DNA from: Styela clava
Lineage: Eukaryota
Direction: 5' to 3'
DNA length: 64,000 bases
NCBI RefSeq assembly: GCF_964204865.1
Contig: NC_135257.1
Coordinates: 18,352,001-18,416,000 of the forward strand
Below, piece after piece: positions 38,401 to 50,791 of this stretch. The position numbers and the translations under genes were made by a program. The notes under the pieces are model-generated. The model was not told where the DNA came from. It was given only the letters and a program-made list of their open reading frames with translations, and searched no databases. Each line of letters starts with the position of its first letter. Position 1 is the stretch's first letter.

Positions 38401-39300
38401 CACCTTAATTTCAAGTGAAACGGACCTGCTTTTCCCTGTAGAAAGTGCAGAACTTGCATGTATACCTGACACGGATGCCGTGTAAAATGCGTGATAGAAT
38501 TTCCCTGTATCTGCAATTACAGTGAATTTTGTGGCAGCAGTTCGAACTTGGAATTCCGTGTATCGCCTAAGTAATTCCCAATTTTATCACAGATAAACGA
38601 AACCAAACTTAGAGAAGTTTATTCTCAAACAGGAATCAACATAAAATTGAACATAAAAAACACAGGCTTAGCCTGCGTGCCACAACTTTCAATATGTTTT
38701 TTAATGCGATTAAAGGATTGAGACGATTTGATGAAATTCATATGTGAAAATAAGCTCGGGGAACAGTTCGACTGTGCCGTTATGTCGTAAACATAGTAAC
38801 ATCACTGCTTTCCGTAGTCCCACACCGGTATATATAACTGTGATATTCCATTCATTCTTATATTGAATTAAAACCCAATCTAGCCTAGTTTCCTGGGGCC
38901 ATTTTGTATAGGCTCTTCCAAATTTTTTCATGATCGTAAACCATAAGGCCCTAAGGCCTAAAACGTCATTCATGGCATTTTAAAAGCGTATGTTGGAGAG
39001 CTCTTCCGCGAGATGACGCACATGTGCGAGTATCCAATATAAATGTACATATGTGACCCTATGTCCAAAAAAATTTATAAAAAAACAACCTTTAACTTGA
39101 GTGTTATCGCATCTGGTAGAAGGTTAAGTACTAATTATGGGCAATTCATTTCGATTTGATCGTTTTCTTGTTTTCCAACAAAACAATACCACAACCATTA
39201 TCATAGCAAAAAATAGTTACCGGCAATTTCATAATTGTATTTGCGGAATTTGCAAATTCAATACTACACTTGACGTAGTAATAACACGCCACAGCGACAC
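35470..39300 (+). repeat. Local direct duplication within unit A (35470-36030 plus 37440-37830 versus 38725-39300)
   Basis: Shared ATTTGATGAAATTCATATGTGAAAAT..CACTGCTTTCCGTAGTCCCACACCGGTA..TTCCGCGAGATGACGC..TCTGGTAGA.GGTTAAGTACTAATT. Confidence 0.8.
36031..37439. mobile_element. hAT non-autonomous element (1.4 kb)
   Basis: TIR CAGGGGTCACCAAACT; perfect TSD TGGTAGAG; empty sites at ~39114 and ~57918. Confidence 0.9.
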
Positions 39301-40710
39301 TGGGAAATGCTTTTACATTTTATTCTCATTTACAATTTCACCAACCCACCACCGCGCATGGTAGAGGAAATATTTCACATTTCTGAAAACATAACGGTCT
39401 CCGGTCAACGTTCCTTCACGTTCAGACAGAGATTAGTCTGAATAGATTGAAATTTTATGACAAGCGATGGATAGATACACGGGGTTCGCGAATCCGTTCT
39501 TGGAATACCGTAGTATCAGCGAATCCGTTCTTGTTTTGGACGTCAGACAACCCCAGAGAAGGGTTAACCGTGTACCCATGCAGCTGACAGTAGCGTTGAA
39601 ATTGGCGTTCCAAAAGTTATGTATTTGATTTATTTGAAGCGTGTCATGGTAATGCAGCTTAAGTGGTGACAAACATACGTTGTCCTAAATGAGGAAACCC
39701 GTTGTTATTGTTAGTCAGTCCGACTCAACCTGTTCCTGTTCTTAAAATTTTGAATTCGAAACTTTTAATTTATCTCTAATGTAAAATATATTCATCCAAG
39801 AGAGACAAAGAAAAATCAATTCCATGGCTTTCATTGGTTGTTTCCCCAAGCATCGATTTCCTCGTTTATTTCCGTAACAATCAGCAAAGAATGAAACGAT
39901 GACGTAACCATTCTAATTTTTGCGGTTGTAAAAATTACTCGTTATCGCGGTTTTGCGTGTTATTTTTCAGTTCTCTGATGTATTTTCAAAAATTTGTTCA
40001 AATGCAATATTCTAATTGCCATTATGTCTTCCGATGAACTTTAGTTTAGTCGCGAAAACCAGACTCGCAAACGCTGCGCGAGACTAGGCTGGATTTAGCT
40101 ATTTGTACCTGTAAGCTGGCGTGTTTGTATGTTTTGTATAATCAATAAAAATGGAATTAAACATGCAAACCAGTTTGTAAAGGCCCGCTCTCCAAAACAC
40201 TAACAAAATAAGTATAAAAAAGAATTGCAACAGTAAAGTATAAGAAGATTTTTTCTCGGGTCAAAGGTCGGGGACACACTCATAGAAATGAATGAAAAAT
40301 TTCCTCGATATCCTACTATCCGCTCATTCGTGGTTATATAAACCCGTGTAAATTGTATCTAAGTGAATATTTGAATTACCTGTAATGGTTAAGCAGCTTA
40401 AAAGGTTTCGAAAGAAATTACCAGAAATAATTAAAAAGAACTGGTTAAAACGAAGGAAGTATTTGACATATTTAAAATAAAATTCAGGAGAAACTAGTTA
40501 TGACCTTAGTAAAGGTAGTACGTACCTTAGTGGTACGTAATATAAATAAATAATGAATTCCGATTGGACGGAGACATCACGCGAACATTAATTTAGATAT
40601 AATCTCATTGGTACAAAGTGCCGCCGGGTAAGTTTGCGGGAGAAAAAACAGTAAAACAAGGCGTTGGTCAAAAATATCATTATTTTCTTGCTGTAATTCC
40701 GCACCACACC

Positions 40711-43700
40711 ATGTTACGCAGTAACGTACTTTTTGTGTTGTTTATGAGATTTATCTGCTCCACAGCAGAAGGTAAGTGTTGCATCTTATAATTTAACTAA
40801 AGCGCATTTATAATTTGTAAGTTTTTCTGACAATTTATAAGTATATTCAAAAATTGTCATAAGATTTTTATTAGATAAACATATTTAAATATAAACTGGC
40901 GAGCCAGGTAAGTGTAACGTTTTAAGTTACATTTTATTAACAATATCTAGAGTGTAACAAATGCAAAAAATAGAAAACAATAAAAATCGTGCCAAATTCA
41001 AATTTAATCACAATCTCAACAAATTCCTTGGCAGCATCAGGAGGGCCAGATTGAATTTCCCAACGTGCGCCCATGTCAGAACTAGAGTCATTTATTGGAC
41101 ACAAAATGCACATATAGATTGTTTTGTTATTATGTTGTTGTTGGTATTTTTCTTCTTTCTGTTGTGAAAAACTCGTTTAATACAAACGAGTTTAATACAA
41201 AAACCAATTGCTTCTACTAAAGTACTTCTGTCATAGTCAGCACTAATCACACGATTCCTGGATAAAAATAGAAATAATTCAATTTTATCTTTCCATGTAT
41301 TTGTACTTATTCGTTTTTTTTTATTTTCTCGTAAATTTCGAATCAATTACTGTAATCAAGATAGCCGATAACTTTTTGTTCTGAATTGAAATGTCGAATA
41401 TTCCTATTATTATGTAGGCCGACGCGATGTTTCAGGAAAGCCAGCTTTTTTAAATTTGAAACACGAATTACGCAATGGTTTTTGACCCGGAACTTGCACA
41501 TATAACATAATCAATTCACGAAGACCAACTAGGGCGTTATCAGAGAAATTGATTGTAGCATTGAAATGAACGTATTTTTATTTGCAGAAAACCAGCACAT
41601 CTGTCGCGAAAAGGGCGGATTCATTTATGATCGGAGATGTTTTTGGGTCATAATTGATCTCACTTTGGAATTCACAAATGCACAGGGAGAAGCGAAGTGC
41701 AATGAATTTGATACTTCACCGGCCAACATATACGATATACAGCACTTTAACCAACTTTTAAGTTATGGACGTGAAAATAGACCCGGGGATACCCTAATAG
41801 TGCATCTAGGAATGAAATACGATCCAAGTGTAAGAAATATTAATCTTTTCTCCTTCATTTGAAAATAGCGATCTGGAACTCTATAAATGACATTTTGTTT
41901 TTCTATATAGATGAGTATTGACATATTTATATGATTATGCAAACGAAAAGTGATATAGAAAAAATTTATTCGTTTTGAAGGGAACAAAATGGATTCAACA
42001 TTTATAATGTTATATAACAGAATATTTTAATCATAATGATTCCGCATGCAGATTTACGTAAGGAGAAAATAATGGTACAGGCAATTCTTTGGTAAAAATA
42101 CATGAAAACAGAAGTTTATTGTCATAGAATAATAAATATCATTTTCATAATAGAATAAAGTGTTGCAAAATCACGATGGGTCGATCTCATACTTGCCGGA
42201 TTCGGTGTGGTCGATCGCGCCAGCAGAACAAGAAATATACACCGACGTAGCGATGCGTATTGCGAATCCTCCAGTGGACCCTGATGAAGGCCTTGGGATA
42301 GTTAGCTCCATATGGACATGTGAGGGTGTTATATGCGAAACTGAACGTAAGTTGTTGACATTTATGTTACATGAATCAAACAAATGAAAACAAAATTGAT
42401 TAATTGAAATTGTAAAAAAATCGTTCTTGCAGTTTAAGTTTGCGCTTGTGATATTCGTGCCCTTTTTATTTGCTTATGGTTTTTACATTTATGCAATCGT
42501 CAGCCTTACAATTAAAAGTGCGCTCACATTATTATGCTTTGGCTCAACTTTCAAATATATGTAATGAATAAATGAACGAAGATTCTATTAATTTAGGTCA
42601 ATATTTCGTTAAAAAGCAAGCTTGAAGCTTCATGCATATTAAACTAAACTTTACAAAATCTACCAATAGATTGTGGTTCCCTAATGGGTAATTTTGCGAA
42701 AAAAATTACAATTTCTTTAATTATTGGACCAATCATTTATGAATATTAAGTACTCAAAAATGCAACTGTCGCTTGGAGAACTGTTATCTCTAATATTTTG
42801 GAAATTTTGTCTGGCTCACGTAAAAAGTTCCATGGGGAATTTATAATGTTCGAGTCTAAATAATCGATCTTTGCACTCAACTGTATTAGTGCGTGTGCCT
42901 TTCTGTTCATGTTGTGTGTGAACAAAGTACCAAGGTTTCACCGGCATATTCTATTGAATTGTGCAATACAATACTATAGTAATCAAGTAATATATAACGA
43001 TTTCTTTCTGTTACTATACCTTGGACACAATTATTCAATCTGTCCAATCGCATTTAATACTGATTCTCTTCCGTTTACAGAACTCAGTTGCACTCCTCTT
43101 CAAATAAACATGGAAACCCAAACGCGTACCTGTCCCGAAGACTCGCTTAGTTGCACGTAAGTATGAGAATGAGAATGTTAAAAAGTCGTGTCAGTGACAA
43201 ATGTTATGAGGGACATGGACATTGCTTAAGGAGTAATTATAAGTAACGAGATAAAGATCTAAAGATCGATAAGTAACAAACAAACAAACGAGAATATCGG
43301 TCGGAGACCGAAGACTTATCGATCGAAAGTCAGGGGATCCCCCAAAACAGATCTCGCGGCGTGTATCCTTCGCTCTGTCTCAATAGCGTGGAAAATTTCT
43401 CGAAGGACACTTGCGCATCGCGACGACGTCAAAGTTACAAGAGGGATATGGACAATGCTTAAAGATTATTCACGAGATACAATCTAGCGGTGTGTATTCT
43501 TCGCTCTGACTCACTAGCGTGAAAACTTGCGCATCGCACACACACGCACACCCAACGCGAATCAAAAATCTCTCGCTTTGCAAAAATCGTTCTCTCGATT
43601 TGCAAGAATCCAGATCTTTTCATCACTAATTAATTAACGAGAATATCGGTCAGAGACCCAAGACTTATCGATTCAAAGTTAGGGGATTTCCAAAACAGCG

Positions 43701-46700
43701 CTCTTACTCCATAGTGACACCTTGTGCCCATCACTAATTAAATAATACCTCGCTAATTATACAACATAATTCATCCGAAATCAATAGGCTTCTGGTCCGA
43801 GATTTGATGAATGCACATGCAAAATCTGAAGCAGATTCAATCTCGCTTTCGTGAGATATCGCGTGCCTCTAACAGACAGACAGACAAACAGACAAATACC
43901 TATCAACATAATTACCGATTAAAATCGATAAGTAATAACTCGATAATTATACAACATAATTCATCCAAAATCAATAGGCTTCTGGTCCGAGATATGATGA
44001 ATGCACTTGCAAATTCTGGAGCAGATTCAATCTCGCTTTCGTGAGATATCGCGTGCCTCTAACAGACAGATGTTATGAATTATTTATTCACGAATCTGAG
44101 TAATACAAAGTCTGGAATCTAGTTTAAAAATTGAGGCCATGTATAGGTACCTTAATTATATTGGTCTGTACAGAATGCGTAATTAATCAATTGAATTCGC
44201 AAATATTCATAAATATCCATCAAAGTCCATTCAAAATATACTAGGTAAGAAGACTCATGATTCGGTTTATACGCTGCATGTATAAGTTTGCAAAATATTG
44301 GATTAAAACTTTACTTATATATATTTCCTTTCTTCCAGTATATCTTGCAAACCTGGTTTTGTCTTTGACGACGAAAGCAGCGTCATTACACTGACGTGTC
44401 AAGATAATCTTGACTGGGATGGAGAAGTGCCAACTTGTAAACGTATGTAATTTACACATCCTTTACACAACTTGATGTAAAGTCGGCGAACAACCATAAT
44501 ATACTACATATTGGTACACACACTTTTTTTTAACTATAAAGTGACTTATCTGTGGTGTGATATCTCACTTCTCTATTACTTTACTCAGAAAAGTATTTTG
44601 CAACAGTCCAACTGACACAATTTTTTTCCATAAATTTTCACTTATGATAAAGAAGATATTACTATGTTCTTTTTCTCAGTTGCTGTGTGCCCAGAGCTCA
44701 GTTTCGATGGACAGCCAGGACTTATGCATTGTACTGGGAATGAATATCAGGATGAATGCAAGTGAGTGGAGTTTCCCGCCAACTATCTTTAAAATTCTAA
44801 TTAACCAGCTGATATAGAATAATTTTTAACAATAATTTTTTTTCAGCTTCGTCTGTGAGTCTCACAAACAACTCAAAGGACCAAGAAAAATAATCTGCAA
44901 TGACGACAGGACATGGTCAGGAATACAACCAACCTGTGAAGGTGAGAATGTAAAGTGTTGATTGGAAGATTTGAAACATTGCTAATTTTTTATGTTTGTT
45001 CATTTTTTACCAATGAACAGTCGAAAGCCACCGCGTAGTTATTAGGGAAATTGAGAGACTTTCAAACTGAATATCGTGAACGTATTTTGTTGAAATCGTT
45101 TGGGGCAAATTTTCCTTTTTTTTAAGTTATGAACTATGAACATTTTTAGTGTGTTACATTAATGCTATGTCATAGTGACCGTTCAAAGTTGTAACACTTG
45201 TTGGACTTTTTTACGTTCACATCATATTTCGTTAATTATTCATTTGTATTTCAGACGTTATTTGCGAACCAATAGATTTTCCGGCGGAACAAGGAACAAT
45301 GGATTGCACGGATGGATACAACTATGCAAGCTACTGCAGGTGTGTTGATTGAATATTTTATCTGAATGATGCTTCTACTGTCTTATACACATGTTTTATT
45401 GATGATTTGATAACGCGTATTAGTTATAACCGGTTGACAAACAAGCCGTTATCGCTTGTTATATTTCATTTTAACCTTGTATGTGACCTCGTACAAACAT
45501 GAAAGCATTACATGTCAATTGTAATCGCGACCTACGATCTATGTTATAAGTTCAAATCTTTGCCTGAGGCAAATCAGATCAAATGTTCAACAAAGCACCA
45601 TCTAATGCCTTTCTTCAACTTGATAAAATATATTCAGGAATGTGAAATAGCAATAATTTAAACCGCATTGCATTACCTCGAAAAAAAAGTAAGATTCTAA
45701 AGAAAACAATCAATCAATCTAATACGTTACATATAGATGCTGGCTGTGACGAATGCACGGCTTCAAAGTGTAATATGACGTCATGTTTTTCGTAGAATGA
45801 CTTAGAACCTTTGCACTAAGACGAGATGTTAATGTCCATCTCATACTTTATACCTATGGTAATGCTTATGCAAATTCTTTATTTGAATTGATTTAAAAAA
45901 AAAATCTTATAAAAACATTAGCAAAATAACAACATTTACTTTTTTAATAGTTTCTACTGCAAATCTGGATTGCAAAGATGGGGAGCAAAGAAAGTAATTT
46001 GTCTTAGGACAGGAGAATGGTCGGAAGAACCACCTACTTGCAAAGGTAAATTTCTTCAATTATTGATATTATAATTCTCAAACAATTTAAAGTCAGATCA
46101 ATTTTGAAATTAACTCATGGTTTAAACTGAAGCCCGTTAAGAAATGCTATTAGAACTTATCAGTATTTTAAACAAGTAGGTAATGAGTCGCTCACGAATG
46201 TTTAACTACCTGTCCGGATCAGGAAACAGACCTGTGAGCGACCGGAACTGTAAATTGAAAACTCTAGATAGATTAACTGGAGAAAACTCTAGATAGATTA
46301 TCTGGATTATATGGTAGTTGTGTCGAGTCATTGTTTTGAACAAAAATTTTAAATATTAAATAAATAATGTTTCACCACTGAAGCATGGCACCATGATATG
46401 ATTATAACATACAATACCAAGATTTATGGTTCAACTTTTTTTTCAGAATATGATCCTAAATGTCCTGATGCCCACAAACACACTTCATGTCCTGACAGCA
46501 ACTGTGCAGTTAATGCTGATTGCGATGACGACAAGAAGCTTTGTTGTCCTACAAAATGTGGAACTTCTATTTGTTGGGATTTACCGAAACGAACAATTTC
46601 TAGAGGTGAGAATATTTCCAAATGCGTTCTCTTGAAAGTTCAAATTTGTAATAGAACCATTTGAAAATAACTTTGTGTTTATTTATGTTTTAATGCAACA

Positions 46701-48518
46701 TCCAATTATCGGAGCGGGGAGAGGGGCGGGCTAGTAGTATGTTTAACCTTAATCCTACGATCTAGCATAGCGTTTCGTAGTGGATATCTCAATATGCCTT
46801 GTGTGGTCGTTGAGGGCTTGTATGGGATTTCCATATGTTAAACTTAACTTTACGATCTAGCTACGTGTGTGTGTGTGTGTGTAGGGAGAGTTAATGAGAG
46901 CGTATCTCCATATCAAAAAAACCTTTTACGGTACAGCTTTGTGTGTGTATTTGGGGTGGGGGGTGATATCTTCTTATGATAAAACTTATCCTTGTAATTC
47001 ATTCTTCTTCGGCAATATTCGCACGATAAATCTAACGATGTAGCCGTTTGTGTGTATGTTGGTGCAGGGGGGGGGGGGGGGGGGGTAGCTTTGTGGGTGG
47101 GGTCTTCATATTATCCCATTTTTTCTTAAAATTCATATCAGTGGCAACTTATTTCACAAAGGTGATATCTCAATATGAATATTTTTGTATTTGTTAAATA
47201 ATTTTATTTACTAAGCGAGTTCTCAGATTCAAACAAATGATCTCATTTCATTTTTAATATAATTTCATTGAGTCGTGATAATAAACTTAGTAAAATTGTA
47301 AAGTTAGCTAAAATTTTATTACAGAAGCGCTTCTATGGATAGTACTTGGTGGATTAGGCAGAAAGCAATGCCCTACAAACTGCTTGAGAAACGCCTGTGG
47401 GACTGCACGATGTCCAGCAAATCTCAATGCACAGTGTAGAACATCATGCAATGGTTGCCGAGCTCACTTTTACGATTTTAATCAAGAGGTTACCGAAAAT
47501 TGTAAGTTTATACTTAATATTTATAATATGATTAAAACCCGATTTTCACGGTGTTACAGAACAGCGTTATAACCTGAAACTTCTGGTTGCGCATGGCTCT
47601 GAACTTAGTAGAATATAGTATGCAAATTAGAAAGCTATAGTGTCTGCGGAAACTCTTGATATTTTCTATTACTCATAGCTAACTTGGTTCCAAGTATGTA
47701 GTACAAAATATGTGAGATAGAAATCTATAATCTTCGTGTGCTTTATTTTGTGTTTTTAGATTTCCTATTCCTCACAAACTTTTTAAGAATTCCAAGACCA
47801 TGTCGGATTTTTTAAATACGACTCTTGAAAGTTCAAGACAATGTAATATTATTTGAATACGATTTCCCGTATTGTTAAATATTGAACATAATAAAAAAAA
47901 GTATTTTATTGATATTATTTAACCTCGATTTTGTTTATTTAATCCAGGTCAATGTCCACGTGGTTATGTCGTGCCAAACTGTAATCAACAGCAATGTGCA
48001 AACTACAGATGCATTACAAACGGCCACCATATATCTTACTACCATGCCAGTCAATACTACAACCCCAACATACTATGTCGTATGAGCAGCTGTGGTGGAT
48101 GTTTTCCCCAATTCTATGATAGACGTGGACGAAGAATCAATTGCAGACAAATATTGCAATATGTATCAAATCCAGGAATTCCAGGTAATAATAATGTGGC
48201 AGGTTTAAACAAAATCAAATGATATATAAATGATTGCTTGAGTTTCGTATTTGAATATCCATTTTGAATAAACAATATCGAATCTTTAAATTATCCTATA
48301 TCAAACCTATCAAAGCATCTGAAATACATGAATAAATAAACCTTTAGATGACGTCCAGAATCTTTCATTATTTTTGATATTGCAGAAGCGTTGTATTAAA
48401 CAACTCATTTAAAATAGCACCTGTGGAAAGGTTTATAATTTTGATGTCTGAAAAAAACATTTTAATATAATTTTACTTTATCACACTTTCAGTGGCAAAT
48501 GTACCAATTGCCGGATGA
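40711..48518 (+). CDS. Secreted C-type lectin - 3xCCP - WAP - Cys-rich mosaic protein, copy A, 13 exons, 543 aa: 40711-40771, 41588-41829, 42154-42346, 43081-43156, 44339-44442, 44680-44761, 44847-44941, 45255-45339, 45951-46045, 46447-46605, 47325-47501, 47948-48184, 48493-48518
   Basis: All introns are GT-AG and the 1632 nt frame stays open. Signal peptide MLRSNVLFVLFMRFICSTAE; CTLD (C..GFIYDRRCFWV..C..ANIYD..HLGM..W..GVICE); three 6-Cys CCPs ending W...PTC; 8-Cys WAP (CP..C..C...DC....LCC...CG...C); two C..CxGC...FYD repeats; AATAAA near 48814. The last exon is the least certain. Confidence 0.85.
43210..44069. mobile_element. Tandem/concatenated HINE-like units in lectin intron 4 (duplicate at ~62143-63002)
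   Basis: Repeated AACGAGAATATCGGTC.GAGACC.AAGACTTATCGAT and repeated ..GCACATGCAAA..TCGTGAGATATCGCGTG..CAGACAGA blocks; same family as 28593-28840. Confidence 0.7.
46700..47110 (+). repeat. Degenerate G/GT-rich minisatellite with a 19-nt poly-G (47067-47085)
   Basis: Recurrent AAC..T..TACGAT.TAGC..GTGTGTG..GGG units. Confidence 0.6.
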
Positions 48519-49440
48519 GTACTGCAGACTATTGAAGGCAGATTTCAACACAACAACATCATATTAATCTCAAACAGAAATTACCTGATTTAAGCCTGTT
48601 ATCCGTGTTTACAAAATTTATGGAAGAGGACTTGGAGCATAATTCAAACTTATATTAGCTGATTTATATAAATGCTCATCTCCCAAGCTATAGCTTCAAT
48701 TTTCACATCCCCAATAAGGCCCAATGTCATGAACTTTTTGTCCATGCCATTCCTCCGTGGAATAGATTTTAACAGACAAAGGTCTCAATAGGCATATTTG
48801 AAGTGTTCACTTCAATAAAATTTTTCAATGATTGGGATTTTTTTATCATTTTCTTAATTTGTTTCTTTCACGATAATTGTATATATCAGTGTGTTGACAA
48901 CTACCAATGAGAATAAATGTATATCCAGTATCACTTGAGTCTAAATTCAGTCATAAGATAGGCGTTAGGGGAAATATGTGTTTTCAAGCTTGGAACCGGA
49001 TGCACAACATTAGGAATGTGATTGGATTGACGGTTTATCTTGCTCTGCGTAACAATCTAAGAAGAAAGATACCAATGGTGCTTGCGATTTTGCCGCTCAT
49101 TTCGGGGATCGTCCTACACCAAGGGTGGGCAACCCACTGAGAGGGTAACAGGATATCAATAATATAAATATTTAGGTTGCATCGTCAGGTTGAGGTCTGG
49201 AATAGCATTTGCAAATATTTTTGAGATACGTGAACTACACTTGTTAGTCCAACGGGTACTCCCGAAGTATGTGAACAAAGATGGCGGACACCGGAAAGTA
49301 GTGCGTACCAGGTTAGGGTTATGCCAGGTACAAACACTACGAAGGTCATTTGTCTAGTACCAGAACTCGTAATAGAACTAAAATAAGAAAAATTGAAATA
49401 AAATTATGGCCTAACCCGAACCTGGTACACATATCACGTT

Positions 49441-49687
49441 CCTCAGATAGTCTTAGAAAGCAGGGTAACAATCCTCAATCCAGCTTCAGTAGACAATCAA
49501 ATATTTTAACCAAAACCTCTGCAGGAAAATATGTCCATTCACTTTGGACTCGTTTTACATGTTTATGGCATAATTGTGTTTCTCCAGGCTTCGAATGTGA
49601 AACATTGTAGCTCAAGTTCTTTCTGTTTTTATTTAGTGGTGGTGTTTCATTGTTGTTTTCGTCCAGCTCAATCTTTGTTTTATTCAT
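49441..49687 (-). pseudogene. Truncated duplicate of the FBXL6 5' end
   Basis: MNKTKIELDENNNE..QSEWTYFPAEVLVKIF aligns to 28540-28294. There is an in-frame TGA where the intact gene has ACA, and homology ends inside the F-box at a MITE. Confidence 0.9.
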
Positions 49688-50791
49688 GGCTGTTGTGGTA
49701 TGACTGTATGATGATTAAGAAAAATAAAACTTAACAACCCGTAAAATAAGTTAGGGCAGGATTTATATATTTATCCCAGGGGGGAGGAAAGCCGATAAAT
49801 ATTGCAATTTACCAAAGAAATTTATTTTACAGTGGCATTCGACTCGAGAACTCTGGTCATGTGGCGGCTGACGCAAATTGTTTGATTGATTATAAATTAT
49901 TATCGATACAAGCATGGTGTGTTTTAACTCATATATCAGTATAGAGTCTATACTATGGAGTCTATAATATAGACTATGTATCTTTAGAGCAGTTTTCCTC
50001 AAACTCTTTTAGCCGTCTCTCCATTTGGAAAATTTCACAAACCTCACGCCAAACCATTTTGCTACAAAAAAAGCTTTTGTGATGGACATGGTGCTTTGAT
50101 TTACGATGGCGCTGTTAGAGAGTTGGTCTCAAAACGTCATTGCTCAGATTTTTGGCATAAAACGCATTGGAGAACAACTTCACTATTCATTGTTGTGTGT
50201 ACAAAGCCATACTTCCAAAAACTCCCTTTTCCGCTCATTTCGCAATACCTGGTAAAGTCAAACTAAATTTTAAGATAAACTAAAGGCGATAGACGTAAGC
50301 TTTCTTGCGCTTCAATGCACTTTATGCCTAAATGTTTACATACCACACGTAAAATTTCAATCAGTTGTTTACTTCATCACTATTGTCTATCGAAAGATTG
50401 AGCTATGCAAAAATCGAAGTATACGCCCACAGGTACATCTTGTTGGATTGGCTCAACACTTTTTGTCATTCCCAATCCCCACTGACTACGTCATCTGCAA
50501 ATTACATCACTGCGAAGTCGCAGTGACCTAATACGGCCCTCCATTCCATACGGAAGGTCGCGCAGACAATCATCCGGAATCGAGCAAGCTATTTTTCCAG
50601 TTTTTTTTTTGTCGTAACGATACCGACAAAAGAGAGATCGCTAGCGTTGATAAGTTTCTAACAAAGTGACTATAACACAAGTGAGGACAACCATTGGTAA
50701 CGTTATAAGCGCTTGTGTGACGTCACACCCGCCATTTTGGGTCCAAAGTTATATCGCTGGATAGATAGCTAAGTTATGTGCAGAGCGTAGG

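Noticed and set aside
40259-40271. DR1 nuclear-receptor-like site GGGTCAAAGGTCG upstream of the lectin gene
   Set aside because: A near-identical sequence occurs inverted at ~30430 as part of a repeat end, so it is probably transposon-derived; no evidence of function.
47325-47360. Transmembrane anchor making the lectin a true selectin
   Set aside because: The hydrophobic stretch is only ~11 residues and is followed by disulfide-rich extracellular-type modules; there is no EGF domain.
49475-49477. In-frame TGA as selenocysteine or readthrough
   Set aside because: It replaces Thr rather than Cys, the gene is truncated about 11 codons later, and no SECIS was recognised.
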